The notes beneath the pieces were generated by a model. The model did not search any database. It saw only the letters and a program-made list of their open reading frames with translations, and was not told the DNA's origin. This document shows positions 1-9,924 of a DNA stretch of 64,000 bases, piece after piece; positions within the stretch are counted from its first letter, which is position 1, and every line of letters starts with the position of its first letter. The stretch spans positions 590,903 through 654,902 of the forward strand of contig OY970380.1 in the NCBI GenBank assembly GCA_963719365.1, read 5' to 3'. The translations under genes were made by a program, and so were the position numbers. The DNA comes from Thermoanaerobaculia bacterium. Lineage in GTDB: Bacteria; Acidobacteriota; Thermoanaerobaculia; Gp7-AA8.

Positions 1-582
1 GCCGGGCGTGCCGGTGGTGGCGGCGTCGGGAGACTTCGGCGCTGCGGGCGGCGCGGCCTGTCGTTCGGGGACCCTCACTTCCGGGGAGATGTGAGACGGT
101 GTTGCAGGTTGGGCCGCAGCGGCGTGCGATGACGGGAGCGAGGGGAATATCAACCTTCCTGTGCGTTTCTTTGGCGTCGCGTCCGCGGGCGTTGTCTCCG
201 CTGCGCCGGCCTCGACGGGATGGAGCGGTTTCGGCTGATACGCTGCTTTTCCGAGTGCGCAGGGATCAATTTTCGTCGTCGTGTCGAAGTATTCGTTGAC
301 GAGATCGGCGACGACGCTGTCGTCGAGCATCGTGATCTTCGCTGTTCCAGCGGACGACGGCTGCACGCGCAGAACGCGGCCGGCGACGAGACAGCGCAGG
401 AACGTGGCCGCAGCAGGATCGCCAGACGGTTTGACGCCCGCGAGGCGCAGATGCGAGTCATGGCCATCGATTTTGACGATGACTTCATTTGGCGCGACGG
501 CGCCCACTCCGAGTGCGATAGTTGCGGCGTGCGAGACAGCGGCGAGTGATATCGACAGCACTGCGATCGCGATGGGCTTCAT
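1..582 (-). CDS. Hypothetical secreted protein, partial (3-prime end lies beyond window start)
   Basis: Minus-strand frame open from an ATG at 582-580 to position 1 with no stop. AGGAGA Shine-Dalgarno sits 7 nt upstream. N-terminus MKPIAIAVLSISLAAVSHA is a typical signal peptide. The ORF track omits it only because it is incomplete. Confidence 0.45.
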   Translation of the reverse strand, partial: MKPIAIAVLSISLAAVSHAATIALGVGAVAPNEVIVKIDGHDSHLRLAGVKPSGDPAAATFLRCLVAGRVLRVQPSSAGTAKITMLDDSVVADLVNEYFDTTTKIDPCALGKAAYQPKPLHPVEAGAAETTPADATPKKRTGRLIFPSLPSSHAAAAQPATPSHISPEVRVPERQAAPPAAPKSPDAATTGTPG

Positions 583-594
583 AACGGGTCTCCT

Positions 595-3387
595 TTAGAA
601 CGTCCATCGTACGCCCAACCGCGCGGAGAGTGCGGGTGTGCGTGCGATCGGTTTGAGATAGTCGGGGTTTGCGGACTTCGCCAGTGCGTTGTCGCTCTCC
701 TGAAAACTGTAGCGTTGATCGAGAAGAACGGGACGCTGCGTGTTCAAGACATTGAAAACATCGAGCAGGATATTGAGCTGGGAATTGTGGACGGGGAGGG
801 GATAGCCGAGGTGGAGGTCGGCGTCGTAGTTGCTGGGGGTGCGGCCTTCGGCGCCGCGGGACGTAAGGAAAAACTCGTAGCGGCGATAGGCGTCGGAATA
901 ACCGTAACGCGTAACGGGAGTACCGCTGCGCCAATACGCGGAAACGCCGACGGATAGCTTCCATGGCGTGTTGTACGTGCCGGACGCTTTCAATTGATGG
1001 CGGCGGTCGTTCGAGAGCGGGCCTTTGTTCGTGATCACGTTCAAGTTGCTGCCATTGGTGAAGAAGTCGTAGTAATCGTAGGCGGCGGAGATATTCGGAT
1101 CGGCGCCTACGTTCGTGAACGGCGCGTACTCGCCGTCGTAATTCCCTTCGAGGCGCGAGTAGATGTACGAGGCCATGCCCTGCCAATTGTTGGAGAGCGC
1201 CTTTGTCGCATCGAGCTGAATCCCTTTGTACGTGCGCTTCGGTTTCGGCGCGGCGAACTGCGTGGAGTAATCGAGCGTGAAAACCTTCTTCATGATTCCT
1301 TCGCCGGGATTGCCGATGCAGTACGTGCCATCATCGGCGCACAGGAAGTCTTCGATGACGCGTCCGTAGCTGCGATAGATCCCTTTGATGCCGACGGAGA
1401 CGAACGGCATGACCTCGCGCTCGGCACCGGCGATGAATTCGGTCAGGTATTGATTCTTGAGATTGGGGTCGGACGGCTCCGTGAAACCGCCGAGAATGGC
1501 TGACGCGGTGTCGGCATCTTTCTCGGCGTTGGCGTCGGGCGTGACGCTGGTCGGGCTGTAATTGATGATGCGCGGCTGCCGTTCGTAGGAGAACGAGCGG
1601 ATGACGAGATCCATCGGGATTTCTTCGTAATAGCGGCCGTAAGAGCCAAACAGCTTGGTCCGATTGTCACCGCTCGGATCCCAGATCAATCCTAGCCGCG
1701 GCGCGTAGTCTTTCTTGAGATCGATCTGCGTGACGCCAGAGGCATCGATGATGCGCTGACGGTCCCAGCGAAGTCCGGCATTGACCGTGACGTTCTTGAG
1801 CGTCCAGCGGTCCTGCACGTACGCGGACGTATTCTTGTGCTGCGGCGATGCATTCAATGCCGAGACGGGCGCATTGGCGACTGTGGCATCGGGCGTGGTC
1901 CAGTAGAAGTGGCTGTAAATCGGTTTGTTCGGGTTGTTGGGATTCTCGAAGATGTCGACCTGCTGCCCGCCTGACATCCGCTTGACGACATCGGCGGTCT
2001 CGTCTTGAAACTCGATGCCGGCTTTGAGCTCGTGTGCGCCGAGGAAGCGGGTGGCGGAGCCGCCGTAGAATTTGCGCTCGAACCGCTTGTCCTGAATCAG
2101 ACCGAAGCCGCCCGTTTGGAAAAAGTTGTTGCGCGCGTCGATGTACTCGATGACATCGCCGGCGGAGGTGGCCGGTCCGACGGAGTTGGTGTCGCGATGG
2201 CGCGCGCCTTGTGCGGAGAAGAGCCATTTCGAGCCAATGACGCCGTCGTAGCGGAGCGCGTAGTCGCGGCCACCGAAATCCTGGCGTCCGTCGTATGTCG
2301 AAGGATCGCCAATGAGCGTGTGATTCGCGTCGTTGATCGCGCCGGTGTCGGCGCGCGGATCCTGCAGCCAGGTGGCCGTGAAGGTGTGTTGCGGATTGGC
2401 GCTGAGCGTTAATTTCGCGGAGCCGAGGTTGCGGTGGCTGAGCGAGGAGGCCGAACTGCCCGCGAGCGGACCGTCGGAAAGCACATTGTCCTGCGTGTTG
2501 CGGACCTGATCGAGCGCGGCAAAGAACCAGAGCTTGTCTTTGATGAACGCGCCGCCGACGTCGGCGCCGTAATCCTTCCTCTTGAATCCGCCCGGAGTGC
2601 TGCCGACGACTTTCGAGGAGCTGGTCTGCAGCGAGTCGCTGTCGTAATAGCCAAAGACGTCGCCGGCGAACTGATTGCTGCCCGACTTCGTGATGACGTT
2701 GATGATGCCGCCGGTGGCGCGGCCGTATTCGGCTTCGTATCCGCCAGTCTTCACTTCGAGGGCCTGGATGAATTCGAAGTTGAGCTCTTTTCCCTGGAAT
2801 CCGTACTCGGAGCCGGTCGTGTTGACGCCATCGACGTAGAAGGCGTTCTCCGCGCCGGACGAGCCGTAGACAGAGATCAATTGCGTCTGCTTGTTGCTCG
2901 GATCGGTCCCGTCCGAGGAAACGCCCGGCGTGACTTGTACCACCGAGGAGTAGTTGCGCTGCGTCGGCAAGGACTCGATCACGGCGGCGCTGAGATTCGT
3001 GCCGAGCGTCGTCGACGTCTCATTCACCAGCGGCGCGGCTTCTCCGACGGTGATGGTCTGGCTCAAAGAAGGGGAGAGGCCGGCATCGAGCGTGGCCTCT
3101 TTTCCAAGCGCAACGACGACCGTGCTCGCCTTCGGAGCGAAGCCGGAGAGCGAGAACGTGACGGTGTAGGTTCCGGGCGGAAGCAGCGAGAGATGATAGA
3201 TGCCTTCGTAGTTGGTGACCGCCACGCGCGAGCCTTGCAACGCGGGGCTTTTTCCTTCGACGGTGACGCCGGGAAGGAGCGACATACTGGCGGAGACGCG
3301 GCCGCTGATAGAACCCGTTGTCTGCGCCAGCACCGGGAGCGCGGCGAGTAGAAACAGTACGACCGGGAGACGCCGGAGAGAGAGCAT
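595..3387 (-). CDS. TonB-dependent outer-membrane receptor with N-terminal carboxypeptidase-regulatory-like domain
   Basis: 930 aa with a signal peptide (MLSLRRLPVVLFLLAALPVLAQT). CarboxypepD_reg-like N-terminus (SISGRV...GVTVEG...TNYEGIYHLSLLPPGTYTVTFSLSGF). Long beta-barrel body ending in an aromatic C-terminal residue (RWTF). Confidence 0.85.
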   Translation of the reverse strand: MLSLRRLPVVLFLLAALPVLAQTTGSISGRVSASMSLLPGVTVEGKSPALQGSRVAVTNYEGIYHLSLLPPGTYTVTFSLSGFAPKASTVVVALGKEATLDAGLSPSLSQTITVGEAAPLVNETSTTLGTNLSAAVIESLPTQRNYSSVVQVTPGVSSDGTDPSNKQTQLISVYGSSGAENAFYVDGVNTTGSEYGFQGKELNFEFIQALEVKTGGYEAEYGRATGGIINVITKSGSNQFAGDVFGYYDSDSLQTSSSKVVGSTPGGFKRKDYGADVGGAFIKDKLWFFAALDQVRNTQDNVLSDGPLAGSSASSLSHRNLGSAKLTLSANPQHTFTATWLQDPRADTGAINDANHTLIGDPSTYDGRQDFGGRDYALRYDGVIGSKWLFSAQGARHRDTNSVGPATSAGDVIEYIDARNNFFQTGGFGLIQDKRFERKFYGGSATRFLGAHELKAGIEFQDETADVVKRMSGGQQVDIFENPNNPNKPIYSHFYWTTPDATVANAPVSALNASPQHKNTSAYVQDRWTLKNVTVNAGLRWDRQRIIDASGVTQIDLKKDYAPRLGLIWDPSGDNRTKLFGSYGRYYEEIPMDLVIRSFSYERQPRIINYSPTSVTPDANAEKDADTASAILGGFTEPSDPNLKNQYLTEFIAGAEREVMPFVSVGIKGIYRSYGRVIEDFLCADDGTYCIGNPGEGIMKKVFTLDYSTQFAAPKPKRTYKGIQLDATKALSNNWQGMASYIYSRLEGNYDGEYAPFTNVGADPNISAAYDYYDFFTNGSNLNVITNKGPLSNDRRHQLKASGTYNTPWKLSVGVSAYWRSGTPVTRYGYSDAYRRYEFFLTSRGAEGRTPSNYDADLHLGYPLPVHNSQLNILLDVFNVLNTQRPVLLDQRYSFQESDNALAKSANPDYLKPIARTPALSARLGVRWTF

Positions 3388-3411
3388 TGGGACCTCCTGT
3401 TGGAGGACAGT

Positions 3412-4686
3412 TTACGCGTAGCGCGCCAGTACGTCGCGCACCCGCGCCAGACCTGCTTCGATCTGCTGCGGCGAAACCGCGCCAACGCTGAGCCGCATCC
3501 AGCCGCTTTCGTTCGGCAGTCCGAACGCCTGGAACGGGACCACGGCGAAGCCCGCTTCGTCGAGCAGGAGCCGGCGGATCTGGCTGTTCGTCGTAATCGC
3601 ACCACGTCCGATCAAATCGAACTGCACGGAGAGGTAGATCGCTCCCTGCGGCGCGATGGCGCGCACAGGAATCCCTTCGCGGCGCATCGCTTCGAGTCCG
3701 TCGTACAGCAGGTCGAGTCGGAGCCGCAGCTCACGGATCATCCCCTCGTGGAATTCGTCGATGTCGGCCCGCCGGTCGAGGAACTTGGCGACGGCGATCT
3801 GCTCCGGACGGGGAGCCCAGGCACCGACGTGTCCGAGGATGTCGCGCATCCGGCCGGTGATCAGCGGCGGAGCAACGGTCCAGCCGACGCGTAGTCCTGT
3901 CGCGGCGAATGCCTTCGAAACTCCATCCACATAAATCGTGTACGGCGTTGCCTCGGGTACCAGCTTCGTCGGCGTGTAGTGATGGAATCCGCCGAACGTG
4001 AGCATCCAGTAGATCTGATCCCAGAGAAGCATCAACGCACGCTGGCCGGTTGCGGCGCGGCGTTCGTTTTCTTCGACGACGAGCCGGGCGATCCGCTCCA
4101 CTTCGTCGCGCGCCATCACGGTGCCGGTCGGATTGCCGGGCGTACAGATGCAGATCAGACGCGCATCGCGAACGTGCGGGCGAATGAGATCCGCAGTCGG
4201 AAGGAAGTTGGTCTCGGGCCCGACCGTGAGCTCGACCGCCTCGCCGCGCATCAGGTAGGTGTAGTGGTTGTTGTTCCAGGAAGGAATCGGGAAGACGACT
4301 TTGTCGCCGGGATCGACGATGGCAGCGTACGCCGCGAAGATTACCGGGCGCGCGCCGCCGGCAATGATCGTCGATTCGAGCGGGTACTTCAGGCCGAGGA
4401 CGTCGTCGTAGTAGCGGATGACGGCCTGGCGCAGTTCTTTGGTGCCGTCGGACGGCGGGTAATTCGTCTCGCCGGCCGTGAACGCCTCGGAGATCAGCGT
4501 CTCCAGCACGCGCGGGATGCGGAACTCTTTCGGCGAGAAATCGCCTACCGTCAGATTGCAGATGTCGCGGCCGGCTTCGCTGAGCTGACGGATTTCTGCG
4601 GAAATGCGGAGGATCTCGGAACCTGTGAGGCCGAGGGCGAGTTGCGAAAGGCTGCGTTCATCGCAGACGGGCAAGGTTGTCGTCAT
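3412..4686 (-). CDS. Class I/II PLP-dependent aminotransferase (aspartate/aromatic aminotransferase-like)
   Basis: PLP-lysine motif SKAFAATGLRVGW and full-length aminotransferase fold. Start placed at the internal Met (MTTTLPV...) at 4686. The ORF extends to 4764, which is an alternative start. Confidence 0.8.
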   Translation of the reverse strand: MTTTLPVCDERSLSQLALGLTGSEILRISAEIRQLSEAGRDICNLTVGDFSPKEFRIPRVLETLISEAFTAGETNYPPSDGTKELRQAVIRYYDDVLGLKYPLESTIIAGGARPVIFAAYAAIVDPGDKVVFPIPSWNNNHYTYLMRGEAVELTVGPETNFLPTADLIRPHVRDARLICICTPGNPTGTVMARDEVERIARLVVEENERRAATGQRALMLLWDQIYWMLTFGGFHHYTPTKLVPEATPYTIYVDGVSKAFAATGLRVGWTVAPPLITGRMRDILGHVGAWAPRPEQIAVAKFLDRRADIDEFHEGMIRELRLRLDLLYDGLEAMRREGIPVRAIAPQGAIYLSVQFDLIGRGAITTNSQIRRLLLDEAGFAVVPFQAFGLPNESGWMRLSVGAVSPQQIEAGLARVRDVLARYA

Positions 4687-4823
4687 CGGTGGGGGATTGT
4701 AGATCAGACGATGGGTGGAAACAGCGGCCTTTGACGATGAGGCAGATGGTTCAATCGCAAGCAATCCAGCGCCTCTTTCGAAACGCTACCCTCGGCTCAG
4801 CCCGCTGACCCTATAATCGTCGC

Positions 4824-6479
4824 GTGAGAAGCCTTCGTACCGCCTTCGCTCTCAGCCTGTCTCTCAGCCTGTTTCTTGTTGCAGCGTGCTCGAAAGAGCA
4901 GCCGTTGCCGCCGCAGACGGCTGTCGAGGATGATTCGACGCCTGTTGACGGCGGCACGGTCGTCCGGCGATTGCAGAGCGACATCAGCACGCTCAATCCC
5001 GTCCTCATCGAGAGCAAGTACGATCACTACGTTGCGGATTATCTGTTTCTTCCGTTGCTGCAGTTCGACGCCAATCTGATTCCAACGACCGCCGGCTCGC
5101 TGACCGACAAGTACGAAGTTTCCAAAGATGGGAAGCTGTACACATTCCATCTCAATCCGAAGGCGACCTTCTCCGACGGCACGCCCCTGCGAGCGAGCGA
5201 CGCCGTCTTTACTCTGAACAAGATCGTCGATCCGAAATCGGAGTCGGCGCAGTTCGCCGGCGCGTTCCAACTCCTCGATCCAGCCGGCACCAAAGCTGTG
5301 GACGACCATACGCTCGTCGTCGCCTTCAAACAGGCTCTCGCACCGCAGCTCGCCTCGTTCAACTTTGTGCACGTGGTTCCCGAGCACATTTACTCGCAGG
5401 GAGATTTCAAGACCGCCTTCGCCATGAGCGCAGTGAGCTCGGGGCCGTACAAGCTCGTTCGCCGCATTCCGGGCAAGGAGATTCTCCTCGAGCGCCGCAG
5501 CGATTACTGGGGTGTTGCGCCTCACATCCAGAACATCCTCTTCAAAGTCATCGGCGATGACACGACGTCATGGAACGCGCTGAAACGCGGCGACATCGAC
5601 GAAACGATCATCGGCTCCGATACCTGGATGAACGAGAGCCGCCGTCCCGATTTGCAGAAGGTGATCGACTTCCGGCGCTTCTACATGCTCAGCTACAACT
5701 ACATCGGCTGGAACGAGCACGATCCACTGCTAGCGGACAAGCGGGTCCGGCGTGCGCTGGCGATGTGCGTGGATATGCAGTCAGTCATCAACGGTCTCTA
5801 TCGCGGCACGGCGCGGGCGATGAGCGGCCCGTTCACTCCCGACCAGTGGTCGTACAACCCGGAAGTGCCCGTGATCCAGTTCAATCCCGACGGAGCGCGA
5901 CAGATCCTCGGCTCGATGGGATGGGCGGATACGGACGGCGACGGGATCCTCGACAAGGACCATAAACCGCTCTCCGTGGAGATGGTCATCGCCGCCGGAA
6001 GCCCCACCTCGGTTGCATTCGCGCAGCTCTATCAGGCCGAGCTTAAAAAAGTGGGCGTCGATCTGAAGATCTCGCCACTCGACGGCGGCACGCTCATCCA
6101 ACGCCTGATGAGCGGCAATTACACTTCCACGTATATGTCGTGGGATCTGGATCCGGACCCTGATCCCAACGCGATGTTTCACTCGTCGCAGCTCCCGCCC
6201 GCCGGCCAGAATATCGTCTACTACAAGAACCCCGCGGCCGACGCGCTGATCGATCAGGGACGCCACGAGCTCGACCACGCCAAACGCGTTTCCATTTATC
6301 GCCAGCTCCACGCGCTGCTCGCCGATGAACAGCCCTACACGTGGACGGTGCAGGTGTCGATCAAATGGGCGCTCTCGAAGCGGATCAAGAACGTGAAAGA
6401 GAGCAGGGGTTGGGGCCTGTACGACTGGTACCCAGGCCCGCTCGATTGGTGGATTCCGAAGTCGCAGCAGGGGAAGTAG
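4824..6479 (+). CDS. ABC transporter substrate-binding lipoprotein, family 5 (peptide/nickel, DppA/OppA-like)
   Basis: GTG start. Lipobox LVAAC after a hydrophobic signal sequence. 551 aa SBP_bac_5-like sequence. First gene of an SBP-permease-permease operon. Confidence 0.85.
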   Translation: MRSLRTAFALSLSLSLFLVAACSKEQPLPPQTAVEDDSTPVDGGTVVRRLQSDISTLNPVLIESKYDHYVADYLFLPLLQFDANLIPTTAGSLTDKYEVSKDGKLYTFHLNPKATFSDGTPLRASDAVFTLNKIVDPKSESAQFAGAFQLLDPAGTKAVDDHTLVVAFKQALAPQLASFNFVHVVPEHIYSQGDFKTAFAMSAVSSGPYKLVRRIPGKEILLERRSDYWGVAPHIQNILFKVIGDDTTSWNALKRGDIDETIIGSDTWMNESRRPDLQKVIDFRRFYMLSYNYIGWNEHDPLLADKRVRRALAMCVDMQSVINGLYRGTARAMSGPFTPDQWSYNPEVPVIQFNPDGARQILGSMGWADTDGDGILDKDHKPLSVEMVIAAGSPTSVAFAQLYQAELKKVGVDLKISPLDGGTLIQRLMSGNYTSTYMSWDLDPDPDPNAMFHSSQLPPAGQNIVYYKNPAADALIDQGRHELDHAKRVSIYRQLHALLADEQPYTWTVQVSIKWALSKRIKNVKESRGWGLYDWYPGPLDWWIPKSQQGK

Positions 6480-6573
6480 GTTCGCGTTTTGATTCACGCG
6501 GAGACACGGAGTTCGCGGACTTTCGATTCTCCGCTGCTCCGCGTCACCCCGTGAAACCGTCTAAACTCGCTGC

Positions 6574-7557
6574 ATGCTCACCTACGTCGTCCGCCGCCTG
6601 CTGTATGGCGTTCTGACGTTCTTCGGCATCACCGTCGCCATCTTCGTGCTCGTGCACAGCGTGCCGGGCGATCCTGTCCTGGTTTATATCGGGTCGCACG
6701 GGACGGGCGCGCTCTCGCACGCGGCACTCGACGAAATCCGGCGCGAACATCACCTCGACCTGCCGGTCGTGCAGCAGTACGGATGGTGGCTGCGCGGCAT
6801 CGTCACGTTCGACTTCGGCACGTCCTTCATCGTTCACCGTCCAGTCACGGAGCTAATCGCGGAGAAGCTGCCGAACACGTTCATCCTCAATCTGATCGCG
6901 TTTCTCGTCGCTGCGCTCATCGGCGTTCCAATCGGACTCTGGAGCGCAACGCGTTCCGGCCGGGCCTCCGAGCGAGCATCAGGTGTCGCCTTCTTTCTCC
7001 TCTATTCGTTGCCGAGCTTCTGGGTCGCGCTTCTGCTGATGCAGCTCTTCTCGGTCCACTTCCACGTCCTGCCGCTCTTCGGAATGACCTCCGACAATTA
7101 CCTCGACCGCGGCCTCACATCAAAACTTGCCGACCGCACGTTGCATCTCATCCTCCCGGTCGTCACGCTCGCATACGCGCAGATGGCGATCTACGCGCGC
7201 TTCTCGAAATCGGCGCTGACGGAAGTGATTCGCCAGGACTTCATCACCACCGCGCGCGCAAAAGGCGCCACCTCGGCCGCCGTGCTCTGGCATCACGCGC
7301 TGCGCAATGCTCTGATTCCGCTCATCACGCTTCTCGGACTCACGCTGCCGTATCTCGTTTCCGGAAGCGTCATCGTCGAAGAGATTTTTCAGTGGGACGG
7401 GATCGGACGTCTTTACTTCGACGCCATCTCCACACGCGACTATCCGACCATCCTCGGCCTCTCCGTCGCCACCGCGGTGGCCACGCTCTTCGCCAGTTTG
7501 CTCGCCAACATCCTCTACGCTGTTGCCGATCCGCGCATTCGCCTGGAGGGGAGATAG
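6574..7557 (+). CDS. ABC transporter permease (DppB/OppB family)
   Basis: 327 aa with multiple transmembrane segments. BPD_transp_1 signature region (AQMAIYARFSKSALTEVIRQDFITTARAKGAT). Confidence 0.85.
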   Translation: MLTYVVRRLLYGVLTFFGITVAIFVLVHSVPGDPVLVYIGSHGTGALSHAALDEIRREHHLDLPVVQQYGWWLRGIVTFDFGTSFIVHRPVTELIAEKLPNTFILNLIAFLVAALIGVPIGLWSATRSGRASERASGVAFFLLYSLPSFWVALLLMQLFSVHFHVLPLFGMTSDNYLDRGLTSKLADRTLHLILPVVTLAYAQMAIYARFSKSALTEVIRQDFITTARAKGATSAAVLWHHALRNALIPLITLLGLTLPYLVSGSVIVEEIFQWDGIGRLYFDAISTRDYPTILGLSVATAVATLFASLLANILYAVADPRIRLEGR

Positions 7558-7560
7558 CGC

Positions 7561-8412
7561 ATGTGGCGGATCACGTGGCGCCGTTTCCGCCGCAGCAAAT
7601 TGGCGCTCGTCGCGCTCGCATACGTCGGCATCGTGTCGCTGATCGCCCTCGGCGCGCCTTTTCTCGCGGCGTCGAAGTCATCGCCAATTCCGTTCGGACC
7701 GAATGAGATCGATATCGCAAACCGTCTTCAACCTCCCGACGCACATCATCGCCTCGGCACCGACGAGCTTGGACGCGATGTGCTGGCGCGCATGATTCAC
7801 GGCGCGCGCGTCTCGCTGACTGTCGGCCTCATCGCCACCGCCATGTCCGCACTCGCCGGCTCGTTCCTCGGCGCGATCGCAGGTTTCTATGGCGGTGCCA
7901 GCGACTGGATCGTTTCCCGCCTCATCGAGATCATCCTCTGCTTCCCGTTTCTCTTTCTCGTCCTCGCCATCGTCGCGTTTTTCGGGCCGTCGATCTGGAC
8001 GATCATGCTGGCGCTGGCTCTCACCAACTGGACGAGCGAGGCGCGCTACGTGCGCGGCGAAGTGATGCGCCTCCGCGAAATGGAGTTCGCGCACGCCGCC
8101 CGCGCGAGCGGAGCGCGCGACTACCGGATCATCTTCCGTCACCTGCTGCCAAACGCGCTCGCGCCAGTGCTGGTGTCGGCAAGTTTCGGCGTTGCCTACG
8201 CGATCGTCACCGAGTCCGCCCTCTCCTTCCTCGGCCTCGGCGTTCCGCTCCCGACTGCAACGTGGGGGAGCATCCTCTCCTCCGCGAAAGAGTTCGTCGA
8301 GTACGCGTGGTGGCTGATCGTCTTCCCCGGACTCGCGATCTTCATGACCGTCGCCGCATTCAACATCATCGGCGACCGGTTTCGCGATGCGCTCGATCCG
8401 CGGAGCGATTGA
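7561..8412 (+). CDS. ABC transporter permease (DppC/OppC family)
   Basis: 283 aa. N-terminal OppC-type segment followed by a BPD_transp_1 domain. Begins 4 nt after the previous permease. Confidence 0.85.
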   Translation: MWRITWRRFRRSKLALVALAYVGIVSLIALGAPFLAASKSSPIPFGPNEIDIANRLQPPDAHHRLGTDELGRDVLARMIHGARVSLTVGLIATAMSALAGSFLGAIAGFYGGASDWIVSRLIEIILCFPFLFLVLAIVAFFGPSIWTIMLALALTNWTSEARYVRGEVMRLREMEFAHAARASGARDYRIIFRHLLPNALAPVLVSASFGVAYAIVTESALSFLGLGVPLPTATWGSILSSAKEFVEYAWWLIVFPGLAIFMTVAAFNIIGDRFRDALDPRSD

Positions 8413-8901
8413 CTATCCCGCGGTCACCGGCAATCGCGCTTTGAGCGACGCGAGCACCGTTGGCGGGACGAGCCGGCCGACGTCGCCGCCGAGGCGGAAG
8501 ACTTCTTTGACGAGACGCGAGGAGACGTAGGTGTACTCGACCGCGGGAAGCATGAAGATCGTCTCCGACTGCGGATGAAGCTCGCGATTCATCAGCGCCA
8601 TCTGCAACTCGTATTCGTAATCCGAAACCGCCCGGATGCCGCGCACGACGACGGTGGCATCGACATGCCGCATGAAGTCGACCAGTAGTCCCGAGAACGA
8701 ATGCACCTCCACGTTTGGAATGTCCGAGGTGCAGCGGAGGATCAATTCCTTTCGTTCGGCGACGGAGAAGAGGGGAGACTTCCCTTCGTTCTCGAGCACC
8801 GCGACGAGGAAACGGTCGAAGAGCTGCGCACCGCGGCGGATGATGTCGAGGTGCCCGTTGGTCAGCGGATCGAACGAGCCCGGGTAGATGGCGTTGCGCA
8901 T
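8413..8901 (-). CDS. coaD: Phosphopantetheine adenylyltransferase
   Basis: MRNAIYPGSFDPLTNGHLDII...VVRGIR, including the HxGH-type nucleotidyltransferase motif (TNGH). 162 aa from the internal Met at 8901. The longer listed ORF adds a non-homologous extension. Convergent with dppC with zero spacing. Confidence 0.9.
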   Translation of the reverse strand: MRNAIYPGSFDPLTNGHLDIIRRGAQLFDRFLVAVLENEGKSPLFSVAERKELILRCTSDIPNVEVHSFSGLLVDFMRHVDATVVVRGIRAVSDYEYELQMALMNRELHPQSETIFMLPAVEYTYVSSRLVKEVFRLGGDVGRLVPPTVLASLKARLPVTAG

Positions 8902-8913
8902 TGCGGAATGGTA

Positions 8914-9070
8914 GCAGGGGGTGGGGCGTGGCGTGTGGGAACGCTGATCGATTGGCGAACGACCGAATGTTGAATGTTCGGTGTTGAATGTTCGGTGTTG
9001 AATGGAGCCGCGCCGCGCTTCTTCGCTGCGGGTTTCATCTCCCACACCCACACCCAACTCCCCACACCCC
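8914..9070. repeat. G-rich/C-rich long inverted repeat (G-arm, ~95-nt loop with 14-mer tandem repeats GTTGAATGTTCGGT, C-arm)
   Basis: G-arm GCAGGGGGTGGGGCGTGGCGTGTGGGA at 8914-8940. C-arm TCTCCCACACCCACACCCAACTCCCCACACCCC at 9038-9070. The C-arm shares the 15-mer ACACCCAACTCCCCA with the element at 16.7 kb. Confidence 0.6.
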
Positions 9071-9150
9071 AATAGTCAACCTCTTGACGATCGTCCATTC
9101 CGAAACTAAGATGACGTCATTCGAGTGAAACAGATTACGGGAGGGTGTGA

Positions 9151-9540
9151 GTGATGCGACAGCGGCTGGAGATCAAGCGCTCGAATTCCAATCACGACAA
9201 TCGTCTTCTGTCGGCGATTCGCAACTACCTGCCGGGTGCCTGGATCGCTCCGAAGAACAACGAGCTGATCACGCTCTACCGCCTCCGCTACAAGATGGCG
9301 CTTGATGAGCGGAAGTACGACGCCGCGCTCATCTTCCTGAACAAGATCCTCAAGCTCGATCCGCTGAACGCCGAGGCCAAGCTGTGCAAGGGCGAGATCT
9401 ACCATCGTTGCCTGCAGGACTACGCGAAAGCGATCGAGCAGTACAACAAAGTGCTGCGGATCAGCGGCGGACGAGACAGCGAGAGCATCCAGTTGCGCGC
9501 CCGCGCAGGCATGGCCGAGATCATGGAACTGCTGTCGTAG
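9151..9540 (+). CDS. Small TPR-like repeat protein (hypothetical)
   Basis: 129 aa. TPR-like helices (YDAALIFLNKILKLDPLNAEAKLCKGEIYHRCLQDYAKAIEQYNKVL). GGGAGGG ribosome-binding site upstream of the ATG. Confidence 0.55.
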   Translation: MMRQRLEIKRSNSNHDNRLLSAIRNYLPGAWIAPKNNELITLYRLRYKMALDERKYDAALIFLNKILKLDPLNAEAKLCKGEIYHRCLQDYAKAIEQYNKVLRISGGRDSESIQLRARAGMAEIMELLS

Positions 9541-9590
9541 CTGGCTTCCATCTCGAGACCAGCACCTACACTCTTGTCGGTGCGATTCTT

Positions 9591-9924
9591 CCAGTGCCGC
9601 TGACGCGGCACAAATCGCCGCAATCGATCTTCCAGGCGTGCTCGTAAAAAGCGCTCGCACGCCTGGCTACCTTCGGATGCCGCTGACGCGGCGCGAGCGC
9701 CATAGGCTCGCCGCCTTGGCCACGCCGTACCAGGTGTCCTCGAAGTCCTTACTCAGTGTTTCTCTAGTGCTTGCAGCCGGAGCCTTGGTGCGAAGTGGAC
9801 CCAACCCCGCACATCCGGGCTCGCCGCGTCAGCGGCCCCAGAGGGTAGCGAGGGGTGCGAGCGCTTTTTGCGAGCACCCCTCGAAACGCGTGATCTCGGA
9901 TTTGTGCCGCGTCAGCGGCACTGG
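9591..9924. repeat. Inverted duplication of a ~105-nt structured unit (two copies in opposite orientation, ~125-nt spacer)
   Basis: Unit L 9591-9697 and unit R 9822-9924 (reverse orientation). Each unit has two 14-mer hairpin modules GCCGCTGACGCGGC, one flanked by GT/AC to give the 7-bp-stem hairpin GTGCCGC-TGAC-GCGGCAC. Between them lies a conserved 25-nt core GTGCTCG[T/C]AAAAAGCGCTCGCAC that is 24/25 identical, while the 21-nt linkers are unrelated. Confidence 0.6.

Noticed and set aside
485-1186. Long ORFs antisense to or overlapping real genes (for example 485-1186, 2434-3351, 16405-17214, 17927-19042, 20181-20969, 22582-23709, 23232-24905, 27975-29207, 33641-34681, 61240-62532)
   Set aside because: They are Arg/Ala/Pro-rich low-complexity translations typical of open frames on the opposite strand of high-GC coding DNA. 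Each is fully covered by a well-supported gene in another frame or on the other strand.
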